Positions 13,700-28,287 of a stretch of DNA of 64,000 bases are shown here, piece after piece. A model generated the notes under the pieces. It was not told the origin of the DNA. It saw only the letters and a program-made list of their open reading frames with translations, and ran no database searches. Within the stretch, counting starts at the first letter, position 1, and every line of letters starts with the position of its first letter. The position numbers and the translations under genes were made by a program. The DNA comes from Eledone cirrhosa (taxonomy: Eukaryota), in NCBI GenBank assembly GCA_964016885.1, contig OZ024741.1:82336001-82400000 (forward strand). Reading direction: 5' to 3'.

Positions 13700-15177
13700 C
13701 ATGTAAATATGTACATGAATGTGAGTATGCATATATAAATATATATATGACCGTGTATGTTTGTGCATCTAGTTTTACTATTTTACTCCGTCCATGAACG
13801 TATCGCTAACATTGTACTAAATAGCCACAAAACACTGGTAACATAAAACACTCATGCATTTCTGTCTTAATAATTTCTATTTTCCTAATTTTCTATTACA
13901 AGCCTTTTCGAACCAAAGTCACGGCGTGATCGGTTTTGAAATTAGTCAAGATTGGACGCTACATTATGTGTGTCCTACATCAGTCTAGTCTTTGTAAGAA
14001 ACTAACCTGTCTAATGGGACTTCGGCTGATTGCGTGTGTTTGGTCAAGTTATCCTTATCATTAAATGGCCAGCAGTAATGTAAATCTTATACCGTACGCT
14101 AAATAGAATCCAAATATTTCGTACATACAACATGAAAGTAGATGTTTACTGAATTGATCCATCTTAAGCAACAAATATAGAAATACACTTGCCCAAATCT
14201 GCCAACCAGGCAGTTGGCTGGAAGCTGGATCGAACGATATGTAGAACAAACTTTCAACCTCTAGATTATATATACACTTTGAACATTATAAACATTATAA
14301 ACGATATAATATATATATTATAACAGTTATGATGGACTGCATTCGATTTCAACGATAATCATTCTATTTTATTGATTAACAGTGTATCCGAATCGTAAAT
14401 GAACAGGCAGGCGGTTAAGATTTCAAGGGATGCATGTAAGTTTACTCTAAATCCTAAGCTAATGAAGCGTGACAAAACATGACAGTTGAAACCTTGAAGT
14501 TCGATCAAATCAACGGGCTTCCGTGCAGTTTTTATTTAAACAATTTCACTCGCAAAGGATGGATGAACCTGAAGGTATGGTAAATACACCTGGTAAAAAT
14601 GCTACGTAGTGGAATAGAACCCACGATATCATAATTGCGAAATTTTTATCGTAGACATTCAGCCATACTTGTATTCATTTGCAGATAATAAAGAATCAAA
14701 TAATATTAGAATTGTAAATATCGCTCAGTATTATTTTCCTTGTCGTATTTTACCTGAAGTAAAGGCATCTAAATAGATAAGTATTTTATTTAGATAATAG
14801 ATATAGTATTATGAAATATATCAAGTTGTTCTCACTGGTTCTATTGTTAAACATCTTAGGCCACTCCATTGAAATAAACGATAACATATGTCAATAACGA
14901 AAATAATAATGTAAGTTTTGTTCAAAGGTTGATGAAGCAAGCAGGAGTTACCTAACCTCAATTTTTATGAAGCAGATTTAATGGCAAGTGAAATGATTTT
15001 TGATTTATCGGTTTACACGATTCTCAGAATAGATCTATTGCCATGTTAATCATGTTAACTACCTATATGTTATTTTCAACCCGCGAACCCTTTTATTTCT
15101 GTCATTCGGTCTGGCCGTCACTCTGCCTGTATCTATTTTTCTATTTCAGTCGCTAAGTTTCTCGCCATCGACATTTT

Positions 15178-15470
<293 letters not shown>

Positions 15471-15921
15471 AGTCTCTAAACTGTTGTCAACACAATACTC
15501 TCTCTTTCTCTTCTCTAGTGTTTATATAGTGCCTATCCCTTTCTTTGTATGTCAAATTCTATCGTCATATTGGGTCCTCATCCAACAATACAATATTTTC
15601 ATACTTGAAAATGTTTGGTTCATTAACTTTCGTGCACACAATTCCTCAATCTCTCTTGAATTTCTCAAATCCTCTCTTCTTGATTCCCTTTCCTTTTTAC
15701 CCTATATTGCTCTCTAATCAATCCGAAACAGTACAAATAGTCGAAAGAATTAATGCTAAATGATTCATTGTTGTATATCTTGTAGAGTAGACATTGAATG
15801 ATAAGAGAAAATCAATGTATGGTGGAAATATATCTATAAATACGGGTGTGCGTACATATATTGATTGTCCATCTGTGTATTTATATACGTACACATACAC
15901 TAACATACACACATGTATACA

Positions 15922-15985
<64 letters not shown>

Positions 15986-16151
15986 TATAAGTATATATAT
16001 ATATATATATATATACAAATATATATATATATGGTTATCTACGCGTAATATTATACTATAATCATCATCGTCAACTTCAAAAGCAGCACCGGTTCCATCT
16101 TCACCACCACTAACAATCCACCATCACCGCTTTCGGCATCATCGTCACCAC

Positions 16152-16220
<69 letters not shown>

Positions 16221-17879
16221 TATTATTATTATTATCATTGATGAATTTTAAAATAATATACTAGTTCCTCGTTAAGCTTAAATTCATTTAAGCACAGCAA
16301 CTGCAGACATATCTGAGAAACGATCAGGTTATAATAAATATTTTACGCATACTGACACCATTTAACAGACGTCATTTTTTCTTCCCTTTATCTCTATTTC
16401 TGTCATATGAACTTGTGATGTAGTATGATGCTATCGGATATATATATAAGAAAATATACTGCTTTGTGACTTTCAACAACAACCGCAAAAACATGAACAG
16501 CATCTAAAAACAACGAGAATAAATACTACAATATCTACAGCAACAAAAGCAAGAATAACGATAAGTACAACGGTAAGGACAACACCAAGAAGACATATAA
16601 CAACGGTAGCAATAATAGCAATAGCAAAACAACATTAGCAAATATAATGAGACAACAAAAACGGACAAGATCAACGACAAAATCCATAAAACGAAGAAAA
16701 TTGACAGCAACTACAAGAAAAACAACAGCACCAATAACAACAACAATAACATCAACCACAACAACAATTATAAAGATACCGCCATCCACATGAGCAAAAT
16801 GAACAATATCAATAACAACAGCACCAACAATAACTATTGACGAAGATATATGGTAATTTTTAGAAGTTTAAGCTAAATGTATTTTCTCGTGTGTTGCCAG
16901 AGTGAAGGAAAACTTGATGGTTAAGCTGATAAGATGTCAGACTGAGAAGCGAATGGTTGACAGTTCATATACAATTGTTAGCGTTTTACAATAGTTCAAA
17001 ATCAATATACATTATTCGCTATGACTAACACATATACGGCTTTAAAACTACATTTCTAACAAGAATACATTCTGTCTTTGTCATTTAACCTTTTCGTTGC
17101 ATATTCCCAATGACAGACGCCACCAAAGATTCAAAACGCTAAAATAATAACGAGAGGGTAAGTAAAAAAACTTATTTAATACAAGACAAACTTTTCAGGA
17201 TGAAAAGGAATAAATACTACCTTATATATAATAATATTTCAGTAAACAAAGCAGCACGCCCGATGGTTCATTTAATATATTCACAACCTTATGATCATGA
17301 TATCAGCACTCTCACCCCTAGGCCACGCCACTTCAAGATTGTTGAGTGAGATTTGAAGTGAGATTTATATGCTGGTTGGTACACGACTTTTCGGTAAACA
17401 TATAAGAAAGCCACCGCTTGGGTTCAGTGAGTAATTATTATTTTTCCCATGAATTTTCGTGTGCTCATTTTCAACCGATTTTTGTTTTGGGAAAATGGAA
17501 GACAGAAAGAAGAGAGAGGAAACATTGAAACATTTATGGGGATTTTTTTAATGTTTTTCCTTTTCGTGAGTTTTTTCAACGGAGCTGACCTCTAAACTTG
17601 AAGCAACCCGTTTTTTCGTAAACGGAGTGGGAGAGGGAATATCGGGGTTTCTTGGTTGTTGAAATTTCGCTAGGTTATTCCATATGATTTCAATAAATCG
17701 TACCTCCGAATCCCTCGCAATTTAACGCTATGGAAGGTGTAAGGTCATGTACAATATGCATATTCGACTATCAGTCCACATCAGTTTGAGGGACGCTCTC
17801 GTATATATATATAGGTGGGTATTTCTCATCGCTTATTTTTGCTTTTGCAGTGCTATACAGATCATATATAATATATATA

Positions 17880-18075
17880 TAAGACGGTAGGGTGAAACGT
17901 TCATAGGTTAAATATGAAGGAATGATGCTGTCCTGTGAAATCATCCATGCATTAATATCAACTCTTTTTATTGATAACTGTTTTTAACCAGGGACTACGT
18001 TGAACAATACACTTCATTTGGTCATTCTGTGAGAGTATCTTGGTCAGCGTATGAAGTTTTCAGCCAAACCTTGTA
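17880..18075. mobile_element. Degenerate Tc1/mariner-type MITE
   Basis: Imperfect TIRs: left GGTGAAACGTTCATAGGTT, right reverse complement TACAAGGTTTGGCTGAAAACTTCATACGCT. TA flanks. Confidence 0.45.
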
Positions 18076-18349
18076 TGTTCGGCTATCTCTCTACAACAGT
18101 GTCCCGGTTACCCAAACATATATAGAGTTTGTATATATTAAGCATATGTACACACACACATACCCACACACACGAACACACACGCACACACACGCACGCA
18201 CACACACAGTATTTTCTAAGCTATACATCGGGTGGTTAGTGTAATTTGCATACTAAGCGATTTTAGGGCCGGCTTTGCCGAAAATTAAAAATACACTTTG
18301 TCTAGCATATTCACGTAAACCTCGTAGGGCAGACCATCAAAATTAGGTT

Positions 18350-18460
18350 ACTCACGCCTCATGCAGCCGACTAATGCATCACGAATCTCGGCTGAAGTTA
18401 TCGGGCTTTCGCAGCACCAAGCATCGGCTGGCGGGAGACGCGGTAGTTCATCGAGGTAGA
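18350..18460 (-). pseudogene. Short internal Tx1 ORF2 fragment
   Basis: YLDELPRLPPADAWCCESPITSAEIRDALVGC matches YLDGLPRLSSEEAESCEGPISADEI in the Tx1 copy at about 25.9 kb. Confidence 0.75.
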
Positions 18461-18494
18461 TCATAATAAGGAGCATTATTATTATGTTTATAAT

Positions 18495-18690
18495 GGCGGT
18501 GGATTGGCAGTATCTGTAGAGAGTCGGACACCATGCTTTGACGCATAGTGTTACGGCCCTTACCATTCTGAGTTCAAACCCCGCCGAGGCCAACTTTGCC
18601 TTTCAACCTTACGGGGTCGATAAAATAAAGTACCAGTAATGTACTGGGTATTTGTTTGCCTTCTGCCAAAAGAAGAAACAATTATTATTA
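18495..18690 (+). mobile_element. SINE copy (same family as 2203-2400)
   Basis: A and B boxes, core and (ATT)n tail. Confidence 0.85.
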
Positions 18691-19384
18691 TGTTTATTCA
18701 CGTGTGATATGCGTTTTGCTGATTGATCAGCTCAAGGCACGATCGGTGTCGTCCGTGCCTGATGCAGGAATCGATAGTTCTTCAGACATATGGATTTCTA
18801 ACTGAATCAATATATCTGTGAACAACGTTACATATAATTAAAGCGTTGTCAGTTCATATTTCCTTGGGATGTCATGTTATTCATAGGATTTGATTGGTGT
18901 GGGCGGCTGTAATAGAAAGATAACGAAAGGAAGCTTGGTATATGGTGTCGACGTTTTCGTTGATAGAAACATAATTTCCTTTGAAGATACGCAACCGCCA
19001 GGGGATTCTTTGATTCAGTCAAGTTGGTAGGACAGCTTGGCTAACTGGAGAATTACTGTCTGCGCCTGGAATTGGGTCAACGCTTTGTCTCACTTCAGGG
19101 AATTCTGGTGTGATTATTTTCTCTTCAATAAAGAATCAATTAATATTCCAGAGCATTTTCGGCTGCTACGTGTACGTACCTACGTGGAATGCATGCATAC
19201 ACTTGTATATTTAAAAATATATATATAAGAAACACACACACATACACTAACACACAAACACACACACACATAATAAATGTAATCTGATTTTTAGGAATAT
19301 TAATAATTACATTCCATTCATTTGCAATTATGCAAACAAGCCTCAATTTTATAGCCATGTCAGTAGAATGAACCCTTCATTCTT

Positions 19385-19484
19385 GCTCTTGTGTTGGCAT
19401 GTGAACAGAACTGCAGACACTAATGTTCCTGGGTATCACCCTTCATCAGTACAGCTCACTGTTCACCTGCCAAACTGTCAGAGC
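19385..19484 (-). ncRNA. Type I hammerhead ribozyme with extended stem I
   Basis: Minus strand: ttggcaggtgaacag tg agctgta CTGATGA a gggt gat accc a GGAA cattagtg TC tgcagtt ctgttcacatgccaa. One core change (GGAA for GAAA). Confidence 0.7.
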
Positions 19485-19486
19485 TA

Positions 19487-19544
<58 letters not shown>

Positions 19545-19549
<5 letters not shown>

Positions 19550-19746
19550 AACAAGTAAGACCCCGACAGCTGAGCTCAAGCCGTTTCGACGGCTAATTCT
19601 GGACTGCCCAGTCCAGAATTAGCCGTCGAAACGGCTTGAGCTCAGCCGTCGGGGTCTCACTTGTTCCTATTACCCACTCTACTACCCTAAGTATTGAGTA
19701 CTTTGGTGCGTTATGGTCCACCTGGTTCCTTACCACATCTCCTTCG

Positions 19747-19748
<2 letters not shown>
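19545..19748. mobile_element. Palindromic pLTR insert in (TA)n with HHR 3' half
   Basis: 126-bp near-perfect palindrome 19545-19670 (loop CC) plus a 78-bp tail. Right arm reads GAAA cggct tgagctc agccg TC ggggtc (stem III and cleavage site). Further copies at 37187 and 33505. Confidence 0.8.
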
Positions 19749-19845
<97 letters not shown>

Positions 19846-19960
19846 TGTGTGTGTTTATATGTGTGTACATTTATTTACAATATCGGTTTCAGCATTATAG
19901 CATTGTCAATTGCGGATATGCAGAATATTGTTAAGTTGCATATTTGTACAAATAGTGATA

Positions 19961-20209
19961 ATAATAATTATTATTTCTACTTTTGGCACAAGGCCGGCAA
20001 ATATCCCAGTGCATTACTGGCAAAGGGCTGTAACTCTTTTCTGCAAATCATGGCTTCCGACACTCTACCGATATTGCTAATCCACCGCCCTTAATAAGTA
20101 ATAATAATTGTTTCTACTTTTGGCACAAGGCCAGCAAATAACCCAGTGCATTACTGGTACTTTATTTTATCGACCCCGTAAGGATGAACGGCAAAGTAAA
20201 CCTCGGCAG
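19961..20209 (-). mobile_element. Two partial SINE copies
   Basis: Reverse complement of the SINE 3' end GGCCTTGTGCCAAAAGTAGAAA occurs twice; 5' end at 20090. Confidence 0.8.
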
Positions 20210-21036
20210 GATAATAATACTAATACAAATAAAAAGGTAAGAAAAATTAATTTTCACATACATGTTTATTCAGAGAAGGGAGTTCATTTCTCCATCCATC
20301 CTTCTCTGTTAATAGCTTGGTTGTGACTGGTAGTAGTTGGGGGAGAAGGGGAACGAGAGGGGAGAAGAAGGAGAAGAAGGAGGAGGAGGTGGCAGGGGAT
20401 AGTTGTGGTGGCAGGCTGCTTTGCGAGACCCTTTGAATAGTGGATGCAAGGTCTAGCTGGCATGGGTTTGAAAGGCTGGGTGACATTAGAATGAACCGGG
20501 GAGGGGGAGTGATTGCTTCTAAAAAATCTATCTTGGTATTTTTTCTTAGAAGAAGTCATCAACATTCACCTTGTTTTTTTGCCACAAAGAAGATTAAGAG
20601 TTATTGGGATACTAATTCCATCCCTAGCAGCATTTTCATGGTTGGGAGTTGATTGTTTCTAAAAACATCTTTCTTGGTATTTTTTCTTAGAAGAATCATC
20701 AACATTAACCTTATTTTTCTGCCACAAAGAAGATTCAGTGTTATTGAAATGCTAATTCCTTCCCTAGCAGAAATTCCAGATTTAGGGGAACGGAGAAAAT
20801 TCTACAACTTTCCTCTTCCCTCCTTCTCCTTCCCTCTCCTCCTCCTTCTCCCCTAACTACTACCAGTCACAACCAAGCTATTAACAGAGAAGGATGGACA
20901 GAGAAATGAAGTCTCTTCTCTGAATGAACATGTATGTGAAAATTAATTTTTCTTACCCTTTTTATTTTTATTTTTATTATTATTATTATTATCACTATTT
21001 GTACAAATAAGCAACTTAACAATATTCTGCATATCC

Positions 21037-21074
21037 GCAATTGACAATGCATATAATGCTGAAACCGGTATTGT
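21037..21074 (+). ncRNA. Minimal hammerhead ribozyme, U3-A8 core
   Basis: gcaa TTGACAA t gcat ata atgc t GAAA ccgg TA ttgt, then AATAAA. Mirror copy at 19877-19913 (-). Confidence 0.72.
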
Positions 21075-22315
21075 AAATAAATTAATGTTTTGATATTTCA
21101 CTGAAAAAAATCTCTTCAACGTTTTCTACTGAAAAAATATTTTTCTTTTCTACTATTTGTTTATATATATATATTGTTTACTAGTAGTTTGAGTGTAGAT
21201 GCAGTGTTCATCAGTTTAGTTCGTTCTCTCTGACAATGTTAGCATTAACAAAAAAACATTGTAAATGAAAGGTTGCCGCCAATGGAAGAGCTACGTTTTA
21301 CAGAACTGCGGTGAGAATGAATTCAGCATCTTTTTTCTAAGTTCTTCTTGCTAGCATGACAATAAAATAAAACCTTTCTACGTGTGTGGTTGTTGGGAAT
21401 TGAAATCTTTGGATTCTGTGCCGTTTAAAAATTTCTCGTGTGTTTAAAAATTTCCCATTTTATCTTTACTTTCCGACTGGGATGATGGTTGGTCTCGTTA
21501 GAAACATAAGAAAATATTCTGACCAAAGAAACCTCTGCGTGTGCGAAACGCAGAGTGTTCCCCATAGCCTAACCCCCTCCGTTTTCGGAAGAAAAAGTCG
21601 ATAGCAAGTTTGGTGGAGGTCAGAGGGTTTGAAAACACTCGAAAAGCGCAGGGTAAAAAAGACAATTTCTCTGAGAGTGCTTTTCTATAAATGTAACGTC
21701 TTTTCCTTCCAGGTAATACTTAGATTTCACCTTTCAAAGATAATCGGTAATATAATGATTTCTAAACTTAACACAGCTTCTGAAAATTGGTGTATAGAAA
21801 ATTCGATTATATAAAACCAGTATCTTACTGATATTTTATCTTAACGACCTCAGAAGGATATAAGCAAATTTGATCACGGCGGGATTTGAACTAATCTAAA
21901 GAGCATGAACAACTTCCGCAAAGCATTTTACCGACGCTCAAATGATTCTGCCAACCCACGACGCTGGTCATGCATAATATAATAACTAACTTTTGTAGAT
22001 TCGTCTTCTGTAGAATAACCAAACTATTTCTACTAGTAACTGATGAAATTTGCCATTTATGAGATAAGAAGAATTTACGATGTCTCCAGAATGTCAAAAA
22101 ATGTAAATATAGATAAGAAGAATTAATACAGTACGCAAGATTCTCTTTGCTAATGACCTACTGCTATATTCACGATGCCTTTCTCTCTCACTCTCAACCA
22201 AAAATGGTTCGAAAGTTCAGTTTATTTTTACCACCATCCATCAACATTTGTATCAAGCTGATTTAACATTTAAGTAATTATTGATTCTTGTAAAGAATAA
22301 TTTTAACAATTGAAC

Positions 22316-22441
<126 letters not shown>

Positions 22442-25400
22442 GAGGCTAGCTGTCGTCTGTTCGATAGCGTAGACGTAATTCAATTCGCGCAGATCTTTTG
22501 TTCCAATTTATTACGGAAATTTTGTAAGTTTAATTTAAATTTTGATACGATTGTGTAGCTTGACCCCCCCCCCCCCGTCTGAACTGTCAGGCGGTGGGTC
22601 AGCTCATTTTCGCCCCTCCCAGGGGTGAAAAACCTGTTTTTAAAAAAATTTGTTGCATAAAATTTCAATCCTCTGGGAGAAATGTTAAATGAAGCTAACG
22701 AAAATAGTGGTGGGGGGACAGCGGTAAGAGTTGTAAGCTGGCACGCTTTAGTCCCCCTTCCTTCCCAACTAACGTCATAGAGAAGGAAGAAAAAATAAAA
22801 TAAAAACAGACGAATGTGCGGAGAAAAATGTCGACGAAAACACAAATCTGGAGATTGATTCCAACAACAATAAAAAATTGAAAGAATTGCATGACAATAT
22901 TAATACCACAAACAAAGAAACAACAAACACAAAAATAACATTTGAAAACAACAACATCATAACAGAAAGCAAAACAGACGACAAAGTCAACACCAATAAC
23001 ATCTCATTTGCACAAACAACAAAAATATCTTTAACGTACATACCTGAAAATATTTCAGATGTGGCACAAAGAATAAAAAACGCCAAACAATTCACAACTC
23101 AAGGGGAAAATGGAGCCTTGTCGGTAAAAATGCCCCAAGAACTCACCAAAGATATTGAAAGTCGGACGGTCGTTTTCCGCACCATCAACAAGATCTCAAA
23201 AAAGCCGCAACACAAGTAGAAATTAAAGCGGTACTTAGAGAAGTATTTAATGAAGGCACTTTCATAAGAAGAGACAGGCTGTATGGAAGCCTGGCCATTA
23301 TTATGAAGAACGAATCGGCGGCGAAAAAATATGCTTTGTCGCCGATTCGTTCGACAAATTTTACCTTTTATCCATCTTATATGGGTAAAAGAACTCAGCG
23401 CATATGGCTGGATGCGATGATGCCAGATATGGACTACTGCTGGCTCATAGCTGGCTTCATCGATCCAGCGAATGACAACGTGATTTCCATTGGGAAAACC
23501 ACAGGCAATGCGTTCAGTGGAACAGGTATAGAACTTGTAGTGCAAATGAAGCCTGAACGCATTGCCCAAATACCCGACAGAATCCTATTAGAGGGCCACG
23601 GGTATATAAACATTAGCGTGGAAGGGAGAAGGCCGTCCTGTCATATCTGTGCAGGGAGAGGGCACCTGAAGGCGGCTTGTCCCCAACTCAATAAGAAGAA
23701 AACCCTGCTACCAACACCAGCTCCACCACCACCACAACAGATAAACAAACAACAAAACTCAGTCCCACCCAAACCGTACCTCAGTAAAACTACACCACCA
23801 CCACAGCACAAACAGACACAACACATTACCCAAAAACAAAACACAGTCCCACCCAACCCCTCACTCAATAAAACAACACAACCACCGCAGCCACAACACA
23901 CAACACAGTCTAACATAGTGACATCCATCTCCCCCACAAAGAAAACTAACACGGAAACACTACCAGCAAACATACCTCTTCCCTCCAACACTGAAGATAA
24001 CCCAACGAATTCGGAGGAAGAAACGGAGTCCTTCAGACAGATTAAAAGGAAAAAAGAAAACATGTGCAAAACACACAAGGCCAAACAGCCCCTACCCAAA
24101 TGTCAACACAATCCAACAAAACACAAAACACCCCTCCAGCAACAAACAAAACCAAACCTGCCCCTCCCCTCTTCGAAACACTCACACCATCCGAAAAAAA
24201 GATATTACACTATACTTACATCAACAGAAACAATAATAAATTAAATAAATTCATAAACAATAACCCTTCGGTACAAACCGATGGGATACACTTTGTTTTT
24301 TTCAGAAAACAACCCACAATTAAAATTAATAAAGGTCCCAATGAACCTCTACCAAAAACTAAAAAAGGATTTTAAGGAGGACGTAGGACCACCCTCTGTC
24401 AAACCCATAAACCGCGTCCTCCTAAAAAGCTTTCCCCCTCCCCTTCCCCTCCCCAACACAACTCCAAACACCCCAACCCCACCACACACTGACGATCCCA
24501 CACCACCACAAGACACCCTTCACTCATCACCCCCGACCCCATGGAAGTCGTGCGACCCGAACCCTGGGAAGCAGAAAGGTAGGTCTCTACACTCTCCTTT
24601 GGCTTTGCCGCCCAAATGGATCTGTTAAGAGAAGGATGTTTGAATGCACGTGGCCTGGGCTCAACTTGGAAGCAAGCAAAGCTTCTAAATGACCTCTGGT
24701 CACGTGGTATAAATGTAATGGTTATCTGTGAGACTCGGATCAGCGTCGTGCGGCATCTGGCCCCTACCTTCGATGACTTTGAGGTGCACGCATCTCTCTG
24801 TCAACCTGGAGGTGGGGGTGGGGTTGTCGTACTGCTGGAAAAAACACCTGGGTCTCGCCGTACAGGTTGTTCACTCGGACCCGGAAGGTCGTTTGTTCGT
24901 CCTAGACGTTGGCAGTAGTTGCGGTGCAGCCTTGAGACTGGTCGCCGTCTACTCCCCTTTCGGAGCTGAACGACCCGACTTCTTCCAGAGTCTGGAGACT
25001 TTTTCTGCGAACGTCGCGTTCCCTGCTTCTAGCGGGGGACTGGAATGACATCCTAGATGCACCTTGGGACTATGCAGGAGCATGTCCTAATAGAGGGGGG
25101 TGTAACATGCTCAATGGTTACTCCACCGTTTTAACTGTGCCAACCTGGACTTGGACGAACCACAGTAGTCAATCTAGATCGTACTTAGATAGATTCTTAG
25201 TTAGAAGTAAGGATAGGGACATATTAAGCTGTCCAGAAATGCTCACGGTTGGCTATACAGATAACAAATTAGTGACCTGCATAGTCAACCTCGAGAGAAC
25301 ACATAGACAGGGTCCCGGTTAATGGAAACTTAATTTGTGTTTACCGGAAAAAGAGGCTTACAGAGACCGGATTAGCAGATTAGTTAAGGAGAGGTTGACG

Positions 25401-28224
25401 GGTGCAATCGTCAACAACCGATGGTGGGCATCTCTCAAAAGAGAGATTAGAACAGAATCAATAAGTTATAGCAAGATGTTAGCTGCCGATAGGAATAGGA
25501 ACGAGAAAGAATTAACAGGTAAATTAGAAGAGGCTATCAAGAGCGAAGATGTGGCCAGAGTGCTGGCATCGAGGACGGCCTTGAGCCAGTTTTTCGATGC
25601 AAAGCACGAAGGCTGCGTCATTCGAAGTAAAATACGTGCTCTAGGTAATGAGGGGGCCAAAGCCGTTGGCTGGGCCCGCGTGACAGAAGCTAAGAGTGGA
25701 AATCGAACCACCATCTGGTCTTTGCAAGACGAGGATGGACGGGTGATCCGGGAGCCTAAGCAGATGTGCGAGGCCTTTCAAAGGCACTTTGCCCGATTGT
25801 TCGGGGGAGGCGAGGGTCCGGGCGGGGACGTGGATTTCGCTCCATACCTCGACGGCCTGCCGCGTCTCTCGAGCGAAGAGGCAGAGTCCTGCGAGGGACC
25901 AATCTCGGCTGATGAGATCGGGATGCGCTGAGCCAATGCAGCAGACGCAAATCTCCAGGTCTAGCAATGCCTGTCTTCTTCTCCGAACTCCTCGAAGCAG
26001 TCTACTGCAATTGGCAGCAGAACGGGAGAATTCCTTGTTCTGTAGCCAAGGGCGTAGTCTCGCTTGTGAGGTAGGACGAGAACAAGGGGGATAGTATAAC
26101 TAATTTTTCGGCCCATAACTCTGCTAAACACAGAGTTAAAGATTTTGGCCAAGGTGTTAGCAAAGATTTTGGCCAAGGTGTTAGTTGGCGCTTGTCGTGG
26201 GTAGCCTGGTGGGAGATGCGCAGACATGGGCTATCCCATCCAGGTCCATTCACGACAACCTCCACGTCATGCGATACATCATAGAGAGGGTTGGCAACAA
26301 ACCCGGCTTCGGTGGGGCCCTGATCAACTTGGATCAGTCTAAGGCGTTCGATAGGGTCAACTATGGTTACCTGGATGCGATGCTAGCGGCGGCTGGGTTC
26401 GGTCCTGTTTTCAGAGGCTGAGTCACTGCCTTACATGGCAACCACATCTGTTTTAGGTTCAAGGTGAACGGCTACCTTTCGAAGCCGTTCGAAATCACAC
26501 GATCCATTCGACAGGGGTGCCCTCTCTCCTCCATTCTGTACGTATTGATTCTCGAGCCTTTACTGAGGAAGTTGGAGTTGTTGCAGGGTATCCCCTGGAA
26601 CTAGGATTGAGCAAAGCGGTGTCGGCCTACGCCGATGACGTAACAGAAATGGTATCGACCGACTCGGAGATCGAGGCGATCGGTACATTACTGGAGGAAT
26701 ACGAAAGGTTGTCAGGAGAGAAACTGAACCTGGAAAAATCCATCGGGCTGCAACTCGGAACGTGGAGAGGCAGACCGATGCCTCCCGACGGTGTCGTCGG
26801 ACACTGGACGGAGGGCCCGGTGAAGTTGCTTGGGGTCTGGTTTGGACCGGACCTCCAGGTGGAAAAGAACCGGGGCGAGGTTACGAGCAAGGTGTGTGCA
26901 CTGACCCAGAAATGGGCCAATTGTAAGCTGTCTCTGAAAGGTTGGGCGGAATTGGCGAACATTTACATAGCGTCCGTCACCTACTACCGCCTGACTGTCG
27001 TGCCTTGCCCTAAGGAAACACTCACCACCTTGGAACACATGCTCTTTCAATTTCTTTGGAAGAAGCGCCCTCCTATGGTGAGAAGATCCATCTGCTGCCA
27101 ACAACCTTCGAAAGGAGGGCTGGGGATGCCGTTGTTGATGATGCGTAGGCACGCATTAAGGCTACGGCGCCTACAGGTATTCCTCACTGGTCAACCGGTG
27201 TGGGCTCCGTTCGTGAGACGAGCCTTTCCGAGACTCGTCTCGGTCACCGAGCTGCAGTCCTGGGTCAAGCAAAGATCCGGAAAACTGGGCGACTGGCACA
27301 CTGAGTGTGCCCAGGCGCTCAGGGCTCTCTGGCAGGCGGGCCCGGCCATCGGTGGAGAATCCACCTCGTCATTCTATAGAGGGCTGGTGGCTAGCAGGGG
27401 CGATGACACCCTTGGAGAGTCGCTGGACATGGAAGAGGACGAACTGGCCAGCCTGTTCGTTAGGACTTTCGGCCCGGGACCAATGGACAACTTCCAGAAG
27501 TCACTGGCCTGGCAGTGCTACCGGGGGGATCTACCCATTCGAGAAAGGTTCTACAGACACGGGCGCCCGGGCAGGGATCCCTCGAAAAAGATTTACCCTA
27601 GATGCGTGCATCACGAAGAAACCGTTGCGCACGCATTGGTGCACTGTCCGGGCGTGGCTGATCTGTGGGGCTACGCCGAACGACTGCTGTCGCGGGTGGC
27701 GCCGATTCGATTGACCGCCGAGTCCGTGATAACAATCAAGCCGCCTCCCCTCTTCACAAAGGAAGCAAAGGCGGTTTTTCTGTGCGTAATAGCCATGTTG
27801 AAACAGGTTGTTTGGTGGACACGATTGAAAGGTCTGAGGTCAGGCAACTTCCTCTCTGGCCATAGTCTGGTCTACTTCTTCCGATATCACTTCGGAAAAA
27901 TGATAAGAATGGAGAGAGAGGTGCTTGGCCACAGGCAGTTTTATGAAAGATGGGTGATAGTGGCAAGAATGGCTCGTGTAAATGCGCCTTCTCTCTATAC
28001 CATCCTGTAGGTAAAGAAGTGAAGGAGAGGGGAGCACCTTCTCCATGTGCTCCCCGGGAAAAGGACTGTACACTTTTTTGGGGGTGTGTGCAACCCCCAT
28101 CACGTCCCCTCCCTTTTGAGGTTGTTTTTGATTTTTTTCATTTTATACCCTTTTTACTCGGTTTTATGTAAACACCCCCTTTGTATTTGTCCCTTCTTTT
28201 TATGCCTTTATGGTAAATAAAGAA

Positions 28225-28227
<3 letters not shown>
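22442..28227 (+). mobile_element. Tx1-clade LINE (family B), near full length, degenerate
   Basis: ORF1 knuckle CHICAGRGHLKAAC. ORF2 from ATG 24616: APE, RT (DQSKAFDRV, AYADDV), C-terminal CCHC, stop 28010. Ends AATAAAGAAATC followed by (TATC)n. Confidence 0.93.
24616..28010 (+). pseudogene. Tx1 ORF2, frameshifted; 497-aa C-terminal piece intact
   Basis: ORFs 24616..24918, 24728..25048, 25335..25931, 26185..26421 and 26517..28010. Confidence 0.9.
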
Positions 28228-28280
<53 letters not shown>

Positions 28281-28287
28281 CTCTCTC

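Larger units (their letters stand above)
19870..21082. mobile_element. Large inverted-repeat Penelope-like insert with a U3-A8 HHR in each arm
   Basis: 19870-19970 plus 20211-20390 are the reverse complement of about 20810-21082. Two SINE pieces interrupt the left arm only. The spacer holds a direct repeat of about 130 bp (20506-20630, 20645-20770). Confidence 0.75.
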
